This document shows, piece after piece, positions 1 through 8,645 of a stretch of DNA of 64,000 nucleotides. Positions within the stretch are counted from its first letter, which is position 1. Every line of letters starts with the position of its first letter. The translations under genes and the position numbers were made by a program. The notes under the pieces are model-generated. The model did not search any database. It was not told where the DNA came from and saw only the letters and a program-made list of their open reading frames with translations. Origin of the DNA: an uncultured Acidobacteriota bacterium (GTDB taxonomy: Bacteria > Acidobacteriota > Terriglobia > UBA7540); assembly GCA_964556705.1 (NCBI GenBank), contig CAZKXX010000005.1, forward strand, positions 197 through 64,196, in the 5' to 3' direction.

Positions 1-405
1 GCGCTGATCCTCCGCGCGGACACGGTCTTTGTAGGCACCAGGCACCCGACCCGCGGCACAGACGCATCCCATCGGGGTGGCAACCCAGGCTTCGTCAGAG
101 TGCTCGACGAGATCAGCGTCAGGATCCCGGACTACCGGGGCAACAGCATGTTCAACACGCTGGGAAACCTGGCGGTAAATCCGAACGCCGGCCTGCTGTT
201 TCCAGATTTTGAGAACCGACGGGTTTTGCAACTCACCGGAACCGCCGAGATACTGTGGGATCAGGCGGACTCGAACGGCGAATCGGGCGGGACCGGAAGG
301 TTCTGGGATTTTCACGTGGAGCATTGGTTGGAGACGCGGCTCCCGAACTCGATCGCATGGGAGCTTCTCGACTACTCGCCATACAATCCGAAAACTGACC
401 CATGA
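1..405 (+). CDS. pyridoxamine 5'-phosphate oxidase-like FMN-binding split-barrel protein (5' end outside window)
   Basis: Frame 1 is open from nt 1 (ALILRADTVFVGTRHPTRGTDASHRGG...) into listed ORF 100..405. The sequence IPDYRGNSMFNTLGNLAVNPNAGLLF...LQLTGTAEI is typical of PNPOx-like proteins. Confidence 0.6.
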   Translation, partial: ALILRADTVFVGTRHPTRGTDASHRGGNPGFVRVLDEISVRIPDYRGNSMFNTLGNLAVNPNAGLLFPDFENRRVLQLTGTAEILWDQADSNGESGGTGRFWDFHVEHWLETRLPNSIAWELLDYSPYNPKTDP

Positions 406-747
406 GTGGGGACCTGTCGCCGTGCGCCCCGCACTTGCGGTCGCAAATGGAGAACACTATGCCTATCACTCGTCAGAATGCCTCCTTGCCTCAGACCGGG
501 ATCGCGGAGCTTAGCTGACCACTGGAAGTGCCTCGGTTGGAAGCATCCTGCGACGAGTGAGAAAGGGGCGCAAGATTACTAATGTACTGCCCACCGACAA
601 GCCGCAGTTCGAACGCTATCCTGTTCTGGGCAATACGGTTCGGAACCTTTCGGCGAATTACGAGAGGGCGACTTGTCTGGCCATTTGACCCGGTTCGACT
701 CGGAACAATGCTTCGGGCTCAGAACGAGAAGGCGAGTTTGGAATGTT

Positions 748-822
748 TGGCTCCTCAGCCAGGACTCGAACCTGGAACCCTCCGGTTAACAGCCGGATGC
801 TCTACCATTGAGCTACTGAGGA
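748..822 (-). tRNA. tRNA-Asn (anticodon GTT), CCA encoded
   Basis: The reverse complement reads tcctcag-ta-gctc-aatggta-gagc-a-tccgg-ctGTTaa-ccgga-gggtt-ccagg-ttcgagt-cctgg-ctgagga-g-cca. It folds as a full cloverleaf by hand. Confidence 0.9.
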
Positions 823-895
823 GCAGCGTCGTGAGGGAAAGCTTTCTACAACCTTTCGGGAAGCCGGACTTGCGAACCCGCGGGAAAGAGGCCCC

Positions 896-1150
896 TCATC
901 CCTTGGTGACTTGCGCCTCTTCCGGAGTTTCTTCGCTGGCGGCTTTGAACTTCTTCGTTTCCTTTTTCTCCTTGTCCTCGTCCCCTTCTTCCCCGCCGCG
1001 AATGGCATCCTTGAATTCGCGGATGCCCTTGCCCAGACTGCGTCCGAGGTCAGGGAGCTTGCCCGGACCAAACAGGATCAGAACGATAACCAGGATGAAC
1101 AGGAGATGAGTCGGCTGAAGCAGCCCACTGCCAATCCAAGCCGCAACCAT
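896..1150 (-). CDS. tatA: twin-arginine translocase subunit TatA/E (copy 1)
   Basis: The internal ATG at 1150 gives [49 protein letters not shown]..., i.e. a TM helix, the FGPxKLP hinge, an amphipathic helix and an acidic/lysine tail. The longer listed ORF (to 1297) has no coding-like N-terminus. Confidence 0.85.
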   Translation of the reverse strand: MVAAWIGSGLLQPTHLLFILVIVLILFGPGKLPDLGRSLGKGIREFKDAIRGGEEGDEDKEKKETKKFKAASEETPEEAQVTKG

Positions 1151-1205
1151 GCGTAAGTCCTCCGGCGCCAGACGGCTGAAAAGTCCCCGCTCAGCGCATC
1201 CCATG

Positions 1206-1234
1206 ATTATAGCCGAACCGGCCGCGAATCCCAA
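1206..1234 (-). promoter_or_regulatory. sigma70-like promoter TTGGGA-N17-TATAAT for tatA copy 1, with palindrome AATCCCGATTGGGATT over the -35
   Basis: On the minus strand the -35 TTGGGA lies at 1229-1234, the spacer is 17 nt and the -10 TATAAT lies at 1206-1211, about 55 nt upstream of the ATG. The same architecture is repeated upstream of copy 2. Confidence 0.45.
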
Positions 1235-1370
1235 TCGGGATTTCCGCCCCCCTGCGGGCACGGAACCGGGAGCCATGCCGTTCGTGCTCGCCTTCACGCA
1301 GATAAAGTGAATCCTTCGGGCTTACGGACGAGCGGGCAGACCGGAGCGTAAGGCAAACAAAGTCGGAGGG

Positions 1371-1619
1371 TTACCCCTTCTTGACCTCGGCTTCTTCCGT
1401 CTCATCTTCCTTGGCAGACTTGATCTTCTTCGAGTCCTTCTTGTCGTCGTCCCCTTCCGAAGCTCCGCGCAAGGCATCCTTGAACTCGCGGATCCCCTTG
1501 CCGAGGCCGCGTCCCAAGTCGGGCAGCTTGCCGGGTCCGAACAGAATCAGAACGATGAGCAGAATGAAGAACAGGTGCGACGGCTGAAGGAGCCCTTCGC
1601 CGATCCATGCTGGCACCAT
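1371..1619 (-). CDS. tatA: twin-arginine translocase subunit TatA/E (copy 2)
   Basis: [49 protein letters not shown]... is a close paralogue of 896..1150. Confidence 0.85.
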   Translation of the reverse strand: MVPAWIGEGLLQPSHLFFILLIVLILFGPGKLPDLGRGLGKGIREFKDALRGASEGDDDKKDSKKIKSAKEDETEEAEVKKG

Positions 1620-1669
1620 CTGGAAATCCTCCCCCGCCGGCCCGCGTGCGGCGCCTGGCGTATCACCAA

Positions 1670-1698
1670 ATTATATCGCAAGGCCGACGCAATCCCAA
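1670..1698 (-). promoter_or_regulatory. sigma70-like promoter TTGGGA-N17-TATAAT for tatA copy 2, with palindrome AATCCTGATTGGGATT
   Basis: On the minus strand the -35 lies at 1693-1698, the spacer is 17 nt and the -10 TATAAT lies at 1670-1675. It abuts the stop codon of the CYTH gene (1699-1701). Confidence 0.45.
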
Positions 1699-2286
1699 TC
1701 AGGATTTGCGGACCGAGAAGAACATCGCCTTGGGCTTCAGGCCGCGCTGCGCGCACCAGCGGCGATAAAGTGTCGGGTAGCTGCGGGTGATGTAGTCCTC
1801 GGGCTTGTACCCGAGCTGGCGCGCCGTCTCGTCAATCCAGCGCTCCGGACCCTCCAGCTCGAGATAGTTCCCGATGGGCGTTTCATCCAGCACGGCGAGG
1901 GGCGCTTCGGTCACACGGCTCTTGCCGCGCGGCGCGAAAGTAGTCCGGTATTTTTCGTAGTAGAAAGTCTCCTGGAGCCCCAGGCTCTCCAGAATCTCCC
2001 GAAGCCCGTGTCCGTCCTCGACCTCGGTCTCAATTTCCCGGCGGATTTTGTATCGCCGCGCGCTGAGCGGCGTGCCCTTGTAAGTCAGCACGCCCTGCCG
2101 CCCGACGAAGCGCAACCGCACCAGACAGCGCGCCTGGCGCAAGCGCTCGTCATCGAAATCAAAGAGGTGGTTGCTTTCAAAGTGGCGGGGCGTGACGGGG
2201 ACGAATCCGAGGTCTTTCAGGCGCCGCTTGACCGCGCGGAGGTCTTTGACGGGCAGCTTGATTTCGGTCTCGTGGCGATGCTTCAT
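1699..2286 (-). CDS. CYTH domain protein (class IV adenylate cyclase / triphosphatase family)
   Basis: The N-terminal ETEIKLPV (the ExExK signature of CYTH) is followed by RLR, YKG, ETEVED and a size of about 190 aa. Confidence 0.7.
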   Translation of the reverse strand: MKHRHETEIKLPVKDLRAVKRRLKDLGFVPVTPRHFESNHLFDFDDERLRQARCLVRLRFVGRQGVLTYKGTPLSARRYKIRREIETEVEDGHGLREILESLGLQETFYYEKYRTTFAPRGKSRVTEAPLAVLDETPIGNYLELEGPERWIDETARQLGYKPEDYITRSYPTLYRRWCAQRGLKPKAMFFSVRKS

Positions 2287-2304
2287 TCGGCCGGGAGGCG
2301 CACC

Positions 2305-3306
2305 TCAGAATTCGCGCTCGATGATGAACTCGGGCAACGACCGCAAGGCGTCCTTGTAAGGAGAATCCGGGAATCGCTCCAGCGACTGCCGCGCCTGCTC
2401 GGCGAGTTTCCGGGCCTTCTCGCGGGCTTCGCTCAGCGCGCCGTACCGCTCGATCAGCTCCAGGACCTCTTCGAACCGGACCGAATGGAAGCCGTTCTCT
2501 TCGAGCACCCGGGAAATCTTCTCCGCCTCCGCCGGGCCGCATCGCCGCAGGAGATAAATCAGCGGCAACGTGACTTTGCCTTCGCGCAAATCGCCGCCGA
2601 CGGGCTTGCCGAGCTTCTCTTCCGAGGAGGTGAAATCCAGGATGTCGTCCACGAGCTGGAACGCCAGGCCGAGGTTGATCCCGTAGGTCCCGAGCTTCAT
2701 CTCGTCTTCTTCGGATTTGTTTCCGAGCAGAGCGCCCAGGCGCAGCGAGGCCGAAAACAGGCACGCCGTTTTCCGGTACGAGAGCTCGAAATACTCGTCC
2801 TCGCTCAGGTCGAGCCGCCGCAGCAGCGTGAGTTGCAGCAGCTCGCCCTCCACCATCACCTGCGTCAGCCCGATCAGCAGGTCCAGGATCTTGAAGTTGC
2901 GCTCCGCCAGGGCCACGTTGAACGCCTGCATGTAAAGCCAGTCGCCGGCCAGCACGCTCATGTGATTGCCCCAGCGCGAGTTCGTCGAGGGCCGGCCGCG
3001 GCGCGTATCGGCGCCGTCAATCACATCGTCATGCACGAGCGTCGCCGTGTGAATCAATTCCACCACGGCGCCGAGGCGGATGGCGGCCTGGTTGTCGCCG
3101 CCGCACATCTTCGAGGAAAGGAGCACCAGGGCCGGCCGGAGCCGCTTGCCGCCGCTCACCTGGAGGTACTGGCCGATTTCCGTAATCGCCGGAACGCTCG
3201 AGACGCTCTGCTGGCAGAACTCGTCCTCGACCTTAAGCAGGTCGGCGCGAATCAGCTCAAAGATTTCTTTGCCGGTCAGGTTTTTGGTCGTGGACACGGA
3301 GCGCAC
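2305..3306 (-). CDS. trans-polyprenyl diphosphate synthase (IspB/heptaprenyl-octaprenyl type)
   Basis: It carries two aspartate-rich motifs, LVHDDVIDG and FQLVDDILD, plus GKRLRP. Length is 333 aa. Confidence 0.85.
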   Translation of the reverse strand: MRSVSTTKNLTGKEIFELIRADLLKVEDEFCQQSVSSVPAITEIGQYLQVSGGKRLRPALVLLSSKMCGGDNQAAIRLGAVVELIHTATLVHDDVIDGADTRRGRPSTNSRWGNHMSVLAGDWLYMQAFNVALAERNFKILDLLIGLTQVMVEGELLQLTLLRRLDLSEDEYFELSYRKTACLFSASLRLGALLGNKSEEDEMKLGTYGINLGLAFQLVDDILDFTSSEEKLGKPVGGDLREGKVTLPLIYLLRRCGPAEAEKISRVLEENGFHSVRFEEVLELIERYGALSEAREKARKLAEQARQSLERFPDSPYKDALRSLPEFIIEREF

Positions 3307-3419
3307 TCCCCGCTGGGCGTCAGCCGCTCAACATCCGGCGGGAAACCAGCCCTGCTCTGGTGAAATTCCATCCTCCCACAAATTCCGCTTGAAGAAAAGG
3401 ATGAAGTTCGGCAACGCCG

Positions 3420-4205
3420 CTAGGCGAGGGCGAAAAGGCGCCGGAAACTGGTATGGATTTCCCCTCCCATCGCCTCCAGAGACATGCCGCGCAACTCCGC
3501 CAGCGCTCGCGTCACTTCCACGACAAAGGCCGGCTCGTTGCGCTTGCCGCGATGCGGGACCGGCGCAAGGTAAGGGCTATCGGTTTCCGCCAGCAGCCGC
3601 TCGAGCGGGACTTCGCGCGCGACGGCGCGCAGGTCCTCCGCCTTCTTGAAGGTGAGGTTCCCCGCAAACGAGATGAAAAATCCCCAGTCCAGAAAACGGA
3701 AAGCGTCCTCGCGGGTTCCCGAAAAGCAGTGCAGGATTCCGCCCAGCCCCGCGGCCGCCCAGTGCGCCGCGATAACCTCCGCGAGGTCCGGCCACGCGTC
3801 GCGGCAGTGAATGACGATCGGCTTGCGCGCTTCGCGGGCGATCTCAAGCTGGCGCACCAGCACGCGCCGCTGCGTTTCTCGGGGCGAATGGTCGTAATAG
3901 TAGTCGAGACCGATTTCGCCCGCGGCGAGCACGCGCGGCCGCGCCAGCGTCTGCCGCAGTAACTCGAAGTGGCGTTCCTCCGCGCGCGCCGCTTCGTGCG
4001 GATGGATGCCCGCCGCAGCGTAAATCCAGTCGTGCTCGTCGGCCAGCGGCACGCTCGAGCCGAGAGCGTCCGGCCCCGCGCCGCCCCCGATGGCCAGCAG
4101 GCAGCCGAGCCCCGCTTCGCGCGCCCGCGCCATGACTTCGTCGCGGTCCGCTTCAAAACGGGAATCGTCCAAATGGCAGTGGGAATCCACGAAGAATCGG
4201 GTCAT
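3420..4205 (-). CDS. tatD: TatD family metal-dependent hydrolase
   Basis: It has MTRFFVDSHCHLDD at the N-terminus, then GEIGLDYYY, HCR, ILHCFSG and ETDSPYL. Confidence 0.85.
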   Translation of the reverse strand: MTRFFVDSHCHLDDSRFEADRDEVMARAREAGLGCLLAIGGGAGPDALGSSVPLADEHDWIYAAAGIHPHEAARAEERHFELLRQTLARPRVLAAGEIGLDYYYDHSPRETQRRVLVRQLEIAREARKPIVIHCRDAWPDLAEVIAAHWAAAGLGGILHCFSGTREDAFRFLDWGFFISFAGNLTFKKAEDLRAVAREVPLERLLAETDSPYLAPVPHRGKRNEPAFVVEVTRALAELRGMSLEAMGGEIHTSFRRLFALA

Positions 4206-4250
4206 CGAATCATTGACTCAGTGAATCATCGACCGCGGACCACGCACTTC

Positions 4251-6248
4251 TCACCGCAGCTTCGCTCCCTTCGGGACGTCTTCTTTGAACGTCACGAGCA
4301 CGGGCCGGCCTTCGTCGCCGACGGCGGCCGCGACGATCATGCCGTTCGACTCGACCCCGCGAAGCTTGCGCGGCTGCAGGTTCGTGACCAGCACGACCTT
4401 CATGCCCACAATCGCTTCGGGCTTGTAGTATTCAGCGATCCCGGCGACGACCTGGCGGACTTCCGTGCCGATGTCCACTTGAAGCTTCAGGAGTTTCTGA
4501 GCGCCCTGCACGGGCTCAGCCGAGACGATTTCTCCCACGCGCATGTCCACCTTGGCGAAATCCTCGATGGTGATGCGGTCTCCGGCGGGAGTGGGTGTTG
4601 CGGCTGACGACGGTGTGTCCACGGCGGTTTCTTTCTCCTTTCGAACGGGCTTCGCTTCCGATTCTTCGCGCACCTGGCGCAGTGTTGCTTCCTTTTCGAG
4701 ACGGGGGAAAACGGCTTCCGGCTTGGGAAGGCGTGTGCCGGGGGCGAGTCCGCCCCACCGGAGTGAGTCGAGTCGTTCAGACTGCACGTCGCCCTGTTGT
4801 CCGAATTGTTTCCACAAGCGTTCTGCGCTGCGCGGAAGCACAGGAGCCAGCAGAACGGCGGTGAAGCGCACGGCTTCGGCCGCCGAATAGAGAATCTCGG
4901 CCAGCTTCGCGCGGTTCTTCTCGAGGTCCGCCTCGGCCAGCACCCACGGCTGCTGCTCGACCAGATATTTGTTCATGCGGCCGATGAAGGCCCAAACGGC
5001 ATCCAATGCGCGGGAAAAATCGAACGCCTCCCAGCGCGCGCGGAATTCCCCCAGCGTTCGGGCGGAAAGCGCGGCGAGTTCCGCGCTGCCTGAAGTCTCC
5101 GGAACTTCGCCGCCGAAGTAGCGGTGGAGCATCGTCACGGTCCGGCTCGCGAGGTTGCCGAGATCGTTCGCGAGGTCGGAGTTGTACCGCTTGATGAGCG
5201 CCTCGTACGAGATGCTCGCGTCCTGTCCAAAGGGAATATCGCGCAGCACGAAATAGCGCAACACATCGGAGCCGCGCACCACGCCTTTCGTCCCCGACTC
5301 GAACATTTCACCCAGCGGCTCGGGATAAACGACGTTCCCTTTCGACTTCGACATCTTATCCTGGCCCGCCAGCAGCCAGCCGTGCGCGACCACGGAGCGC
5401 GGCAGGGGCAACTCCGCCGCCATCAGGAACGCCGGCCAGTAAACGGCGTGGAAGCGGATGATATCTTTGCCGACCATGTGAACGTCGGCGGGCCAGTACT
5501 TCTTGAACTCCGCGCTTCCCTCTTCGTCTTCGGCAAAGCCAATCCCCGTCAGGTATCCGGTCAGCGCGTCGTACCAGACGTAAAAGACCTGCTCGGGATC
5601 GTCGGGCCACGGCACGCCCCACTTGATTCGCTTGCGGCTGATGGAAATATCGCGTAATTCGCCGCGCACGAAGCTGCGGACCTCGTTGAAGCGGAAGGCC
5701 GGCAGGACGAAATCCGGATGATCGTCGTAGTGCCGGAGGAGGCGTTCGCGGAACGCGGAAAGCCGGAAGAAGTAGTTTTCTTCGCTCACCAGTTCGGCGG
5801 GCCGGCCGCAGATGTCGCAATCGGCCGGGTCGGCCCCGTCCGAGATGTAGCGCTCATCGTGAACGCAGTAACGGCCTTCGTAGCGCGCTTTGTAGATGAC
5901 GCCGGGATTCCGCTCGCGGGCGCGACGCAGAATCCGCTGCACCGAGACCGTGTGGTCAGCGCGGTCCGTGTATATGAAGTGCGTGTAATTAATGTCGAGC
6001 AGCTTCCAGAGCGCCTGGATACGCTCGCGTTCTTCGGCCACAAACTGGGGAGGCGTCTTCCGCGCCGCCTTCGCGGCGCGCTCCAGCTTCTCGCCGTGCT
6101 CGTCCGTGCCGGTCAGAAAAGCCACGTCGTAGCCACACAGGCGCTTGTAGCGCGCCACGGCGTCGCAAACCAGCGTCGTGTAGGCGTGCCCGGCGTGCAG
6201 CCGGGCGCTGGGGTAGTAGAGAGGCGTCGTCAGATAGAACTTTTTCAT
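4251..6248 (-). CDS. metG: methionine--tRNA ligase with C-terminal tRNA-binding (Trbp111-like) domain
   Basis: It carries a HIGH-type motif (HAGHAYT), the KMSKS motif, a CxxC...CxxC zinc knuckle (CVHDE...CDIC) and a C-terminal ITIEDFAKVDMRVGEI...VTNL OB-fold. Confidence 0.9.
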   Translation of the reverse strand: MKKFYLTTPLYYPSARLHAGHAYTTLVCDAVARYKRLCGYDVAFLTGTDEHGEKLERAAKAARKTPPQFVAEERERIQALWKLLDINYTHFIYTDRADHTVSVQRILRRARERNPGVIYKARYEGRYCVHDERYISDGADPADCDICGRPAELVSEENYFFRLSAFRERLLRHYDDHPDFVLPAFRFNEVRSFVRGELRDISISRKRIKWGVPWPDDPEQVFYVWYDALTGYLTGIGFAEDEEGSAEFKKYWPADVHMVGKDIIRFHAVYWPAFLMAAELPLPRSVVAHGWLLAGQDKMSKSKGNVVYPEPLGEMFESGTKGVVRGSDVLRYFVLRDIPFGQDASISYEALIKRYNSDLANDLGNLASRTVTMLHRYFGGEVPETSGSAELAALSARTLGEFRARWEAFDFSRALDAVWAFIGRMNKYLVEQQPWVLAEADLEKNRAKLAEILYSAAEAVRFTAVLLAPVLPRSAERLWKQFGQQGDVQSERLDSLRWGGLAPGTRLPKPEAVFPRLEKEATLRQVREESEAKPVRKEKETAVDTPSSAATPTPAGDRITIEDFAKVDMRVGEIVSAEPVQGAQKLLKLQVDIGTEVRQVVAGIAEYYKPEAIVGMKVVLVTNLQPRKLRGVESNGMIVAAAVGDEGRPVLVTFKEDVPKGAKLR

Positions 6249-6340
6249 GATCTGATGATTGTGTAATTCAGCGAGTTCGTGATTTGAAGCTCGAGCTGCG
6301 GAACCTGTGAAAAGAATCCGTAAAGCGCGAGATCACGCCG

Positions 6341-7534
6341 TCACCCGCCCTTCTTAGCATACGCCACTTGCGCGGCGAGGATGACGTCCTTGAGCGGCGC
6401 ACCCTTTTCGGTCGCCACCCGCCGGCAGTCGTCGTATTCGGGCGCCGCGTTCAGGACCTGGCCGTTCCGCTTCGCCACCTTGACGCGCACCTTGCCGTAG
6501 GGAGTTTCGACCTCGACGTGCTCGCGCTCGAGCACCTTGCGGCGGGCCTCGTGAATGCGCACGCCGATCGTCGTCGTCTCGGCAAAGAGGAGCTGGGCGA
6601 GCGCCTCCACTCTTTCGGGCTCGGCGAGTAGCGTCACCAGAAGCCCGGGCCGTCCCTTCTTCATCTGCACGCTCGAACACGTCACGTCAAGCGCTCCCGC
6701 GGCGAGCGCGCGTTCGACGAAATAGGCGTAAACCTGCGGGCTCATGTCATCGAGGTTCGTTTCCAGGACCGAAATCAATTCGTCGCCCGGAACGCCGGGT
6801 TGCGGCGCCTCGGCCTCCACCCGCTCGGCCAGGAACAGCCGGGCGATATTCGGGTGTCCGGGAAAATCCTTTTCGCCCGCGCCGTAGCCGATGCGTTCCA
6901 CCTTCATGGCCGGCATCGGCCCGAAGGATTTCGCCAGCGTCGAGACGATGGCAGCTCCGGTGGGCGTCACGAGCTCGCCTTCCACGCCCGAAGAATACGT
7001 CGGGATCCCCGCGAGGAGCTCCGCGGTCGCGGGCGCCGGCACGGGCAACGTCCCATGCGCGGCCTGGACGCGTCCGCCGCCCACATTCAGAGCGGAGGAG
7101 ACCAGCTCCGAGATTCCCAGTAGATCCAAGCCGACACAGGCTCCGACGATGTCAATGATGGCGTCCACAGCGCCGACTTCATGGAAGTGGACTTCCTCGG
7201 GCGACTTGCCGTGCAGCTTGCCTTCCACTTCGGCGAGGCGGCGGAAAATAGCGATTGCTTTCCCCTTCACAGGTGCGGCGAGGGCCGAATCGTTGATCAG
7301 GCCCTCGACGTGCGAGAGCTTGCGGTGCGGCTGCGTGCCCGGAACTTCAATCTCGACGCGCGTGCCCATCAATCCGCCCCGCGCAGCGCGCGTGCGCTTG
7401 AACTTGTAGAACCCCAGCTCGAGCTTCTTCAACTCCGCGAAGAGTTTTTCCGGGGGCAGGCCGGCATCGAGCAACGCCGCCAGGAACATGTCCCCGCTGA
7501 TGCCGGAAGAGCCGTCGAGATACGCCAGTCTCAT
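6341..7534 (-). CDS. larC: LarC family nickel insertion protein (DUF111)
   Basis: The internal ATG at 7534 gives MRLAYLDGSSGISGDMFLAALLDAGL..., the canonical LarC/DUF111 N-terminus. Upstream of it the listed ORF is Arg/Gly junk that overlaps the Sir2 gene. Confidence 0.8.
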   Translation of the reverse strand: MRLAYLDGSSGISGDMFLAALLDAGLPPEKLFAELKKLELGFYKFKRTRAARGGLMGTRVEIEVPGTQPHRKLSHVEGLINDSALAAPVKGKAIAIFRRLAEVEGKLHGKSPEEVHFHEVGAVDAIIDIVGACVGLDLLGISELVSSALNVGGGRVQAAHGTLPVPAPATAELLAGIPTYSSGVEGELVTPTGAAIVSTLAKSFGPMPAMKVERIGYGAGEKDFPGHPNIARLFLAERVEAEAPQPGVPGDELISVLETNLDDMSPQVYAYFVERALAAGALDVTCSSVQMKKGRPGLLVTLLAEPERVEALAQLLFAETTTIGVRIHEARRKVLEREHVEVETPYGKVRVKVAKRNGQVLNAAPEYDDCRRVATEKGAPLKDVILAAQVAYAKKGG

Positions 7535-8430
7535 AGGAGCCTCGCCAGAATTTCGCCCGCCGTGCCGCGAAGCACCCATTCGGCGCCGGTATCGAGCGGA
7601 GTTGGTTCCGGATTCACCACTGCAATCTTTGCGCCCGCCTGCCGCGCGACTTCGACCAGCCCGGCCGCGGGGTAAACCACACCCGAAGTCCCGATGACCA
7701 GAAAAACGCGCGCCGTCGCGCTCGCCTCCGCGGCGCGCGCCCATTCGCCGGCGGGGAGCAATTCGCCGAACCAGACCACGCCGGGCCGCAGAAGCCCGCC
7801 GCAGGCGCACCGCGGCGGCAGAGGGTCGAGCGGCACGCGCTCGTCGCGCCCTTCCCGGCCGCAGCCCAGACAGCGGAGCGTCCACAGGTCACCGTGGAGT
7901 TTCGCAATCTGTCGGCTGCCCGCGCGGTCGTGAAGCCCGTCCACGTTCTGGGTGATGAGCGTGAAGCGCCGCCCGCTTTCCACGAATCGCCGCTCGAGTT
8001 CGGCCAGCGCCCGGTGCCCCGCGTTCGGCCCGGCGCGCTCCACGCAGCCGCGCCGCCAGTCGTACCATTCCCACACCAGTCGCGGGTCGCGCTCGAACGC
8101 TTCCGGCGTGGCCAGTTGCTCGGGCCGGTAGTTCCGCCACAGAGCTCTCGCGTCCGATTGCCCCCGAAACGTCGCAACGCCGCTTTCCGCCGAGATCCCG
8201 GCGCCCGTCAGCGCGGCCACGCACTGCGCCTTCGCCAGCGCCCGGCGCAGTTCGCCGAGCGGCTCTCCCGCCGAGACTCGGTCCGCTTCTTGAGGCAAGC
8301 GTCTGAAGTTAACGATAGTAAGTTGCCCCTCGGGGGATGTCAATTCTCGGAATCGAAGGCACGTCCCCGGCGAGGCGTGGGGCGATCTCGAAAGGCTGCC
8401 GCCCGCCGCGGGGCGGGTGGGGTCCGGCAC
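7531..8430 (-). CDS. cobB: Sir2 family NAD-dependent protein deacylase (CobB-like); start uncertain
   Basis: It has TGAGISAESGVATFRG, QNVDGLH and a zinc ribbon (CLGCG...CACGG). The stop overlaps the larC start (ATGA). The N-terminal ~60 aa of the listed ORF look non-conserved, and a TTG start near RRLPQEADR is possible. Confidence 0.75.
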   Translation of the reverse strand: MPDPTRPAAGGSLSRSPHASPGTCLRFRELTSPEGQLTIVNFRRLPQEADRVSAGEPLGELRRALAKAQCVAALTGAGISAESGVATFRGQSDARALWRNYRPEQLATPEAFERDPRLVWEWYDWRRGCVERAGPNAGHRALAELERRFVESGRRFTLITQNVDGLHDRAGSRQIAKLHGDLWTLRCLGCGREGRDERVPLDPLPPRCACGGLLRPGVVWFGELLPAGEWARAAEASATARVFLVIGTSGVVYPAAGLVEVARQAGAKIAVVNPEPTPLDTGAEWVLRGTAGEILARLL

Positions 8431-8503
8431 GTCTCCCGTCGCAGAGCGCCTTTTTACAATTTACGGAGAAAAGGAAGTGGTGTAGGTTGAATAGTTGGAG
8501 TTC

Positions 8504-8578
8504 GGGCCGGTAGCTCAATGGTGGAGCACTGCCCTTTTAAGGCAGGGGTTCTGGGTTCGAGTCCCAGCCGGCTCACCA
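8504..8578 (+). tRNA. tRNA-Lys (anticodon TTT), CCA encoded
   Basis: The sequence reads gggccgg-ta-gctc-aatggtg-gagc-a-ctgcc-ctTTTaa-ggcag-gggtt-ctggg-ttcgagt-cccag-ccggctc-a-cca. Confidence 0.9.
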
Positions 8579-8645
8579 CTTGCACGCTCGATTTTCCCTG
8601 CCCGCAAGCCGTTCCGCGCCGAAGGTTCGCCGCCGGGTGCCGGTC

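Noticed and set aside
406-747. A possible genomic-island junction at the 3' side of tRNA-Asn, in a lower-GC stretch.
   Set aside because: I saw no integrase, no repeat of the tRNA 3' end and no foreign-looking genes. The flanking genes are ordinary.
7535-7885. An N-terminal 117-codon extension of the LarC ORF. Analogous extensions occur on ORFs 10793..12529, 12454..13719, 24912..27170, 46515..47789, 47315..48439, 32881..34152, 36423..37844 and 43663..44703.
   Set aside because: The extensions overlap neighbouring genes or are low-complexity. In each case an internal ATG with a good Shine-Dalgarno gives the canonical family N-terminus or a signal peptide.
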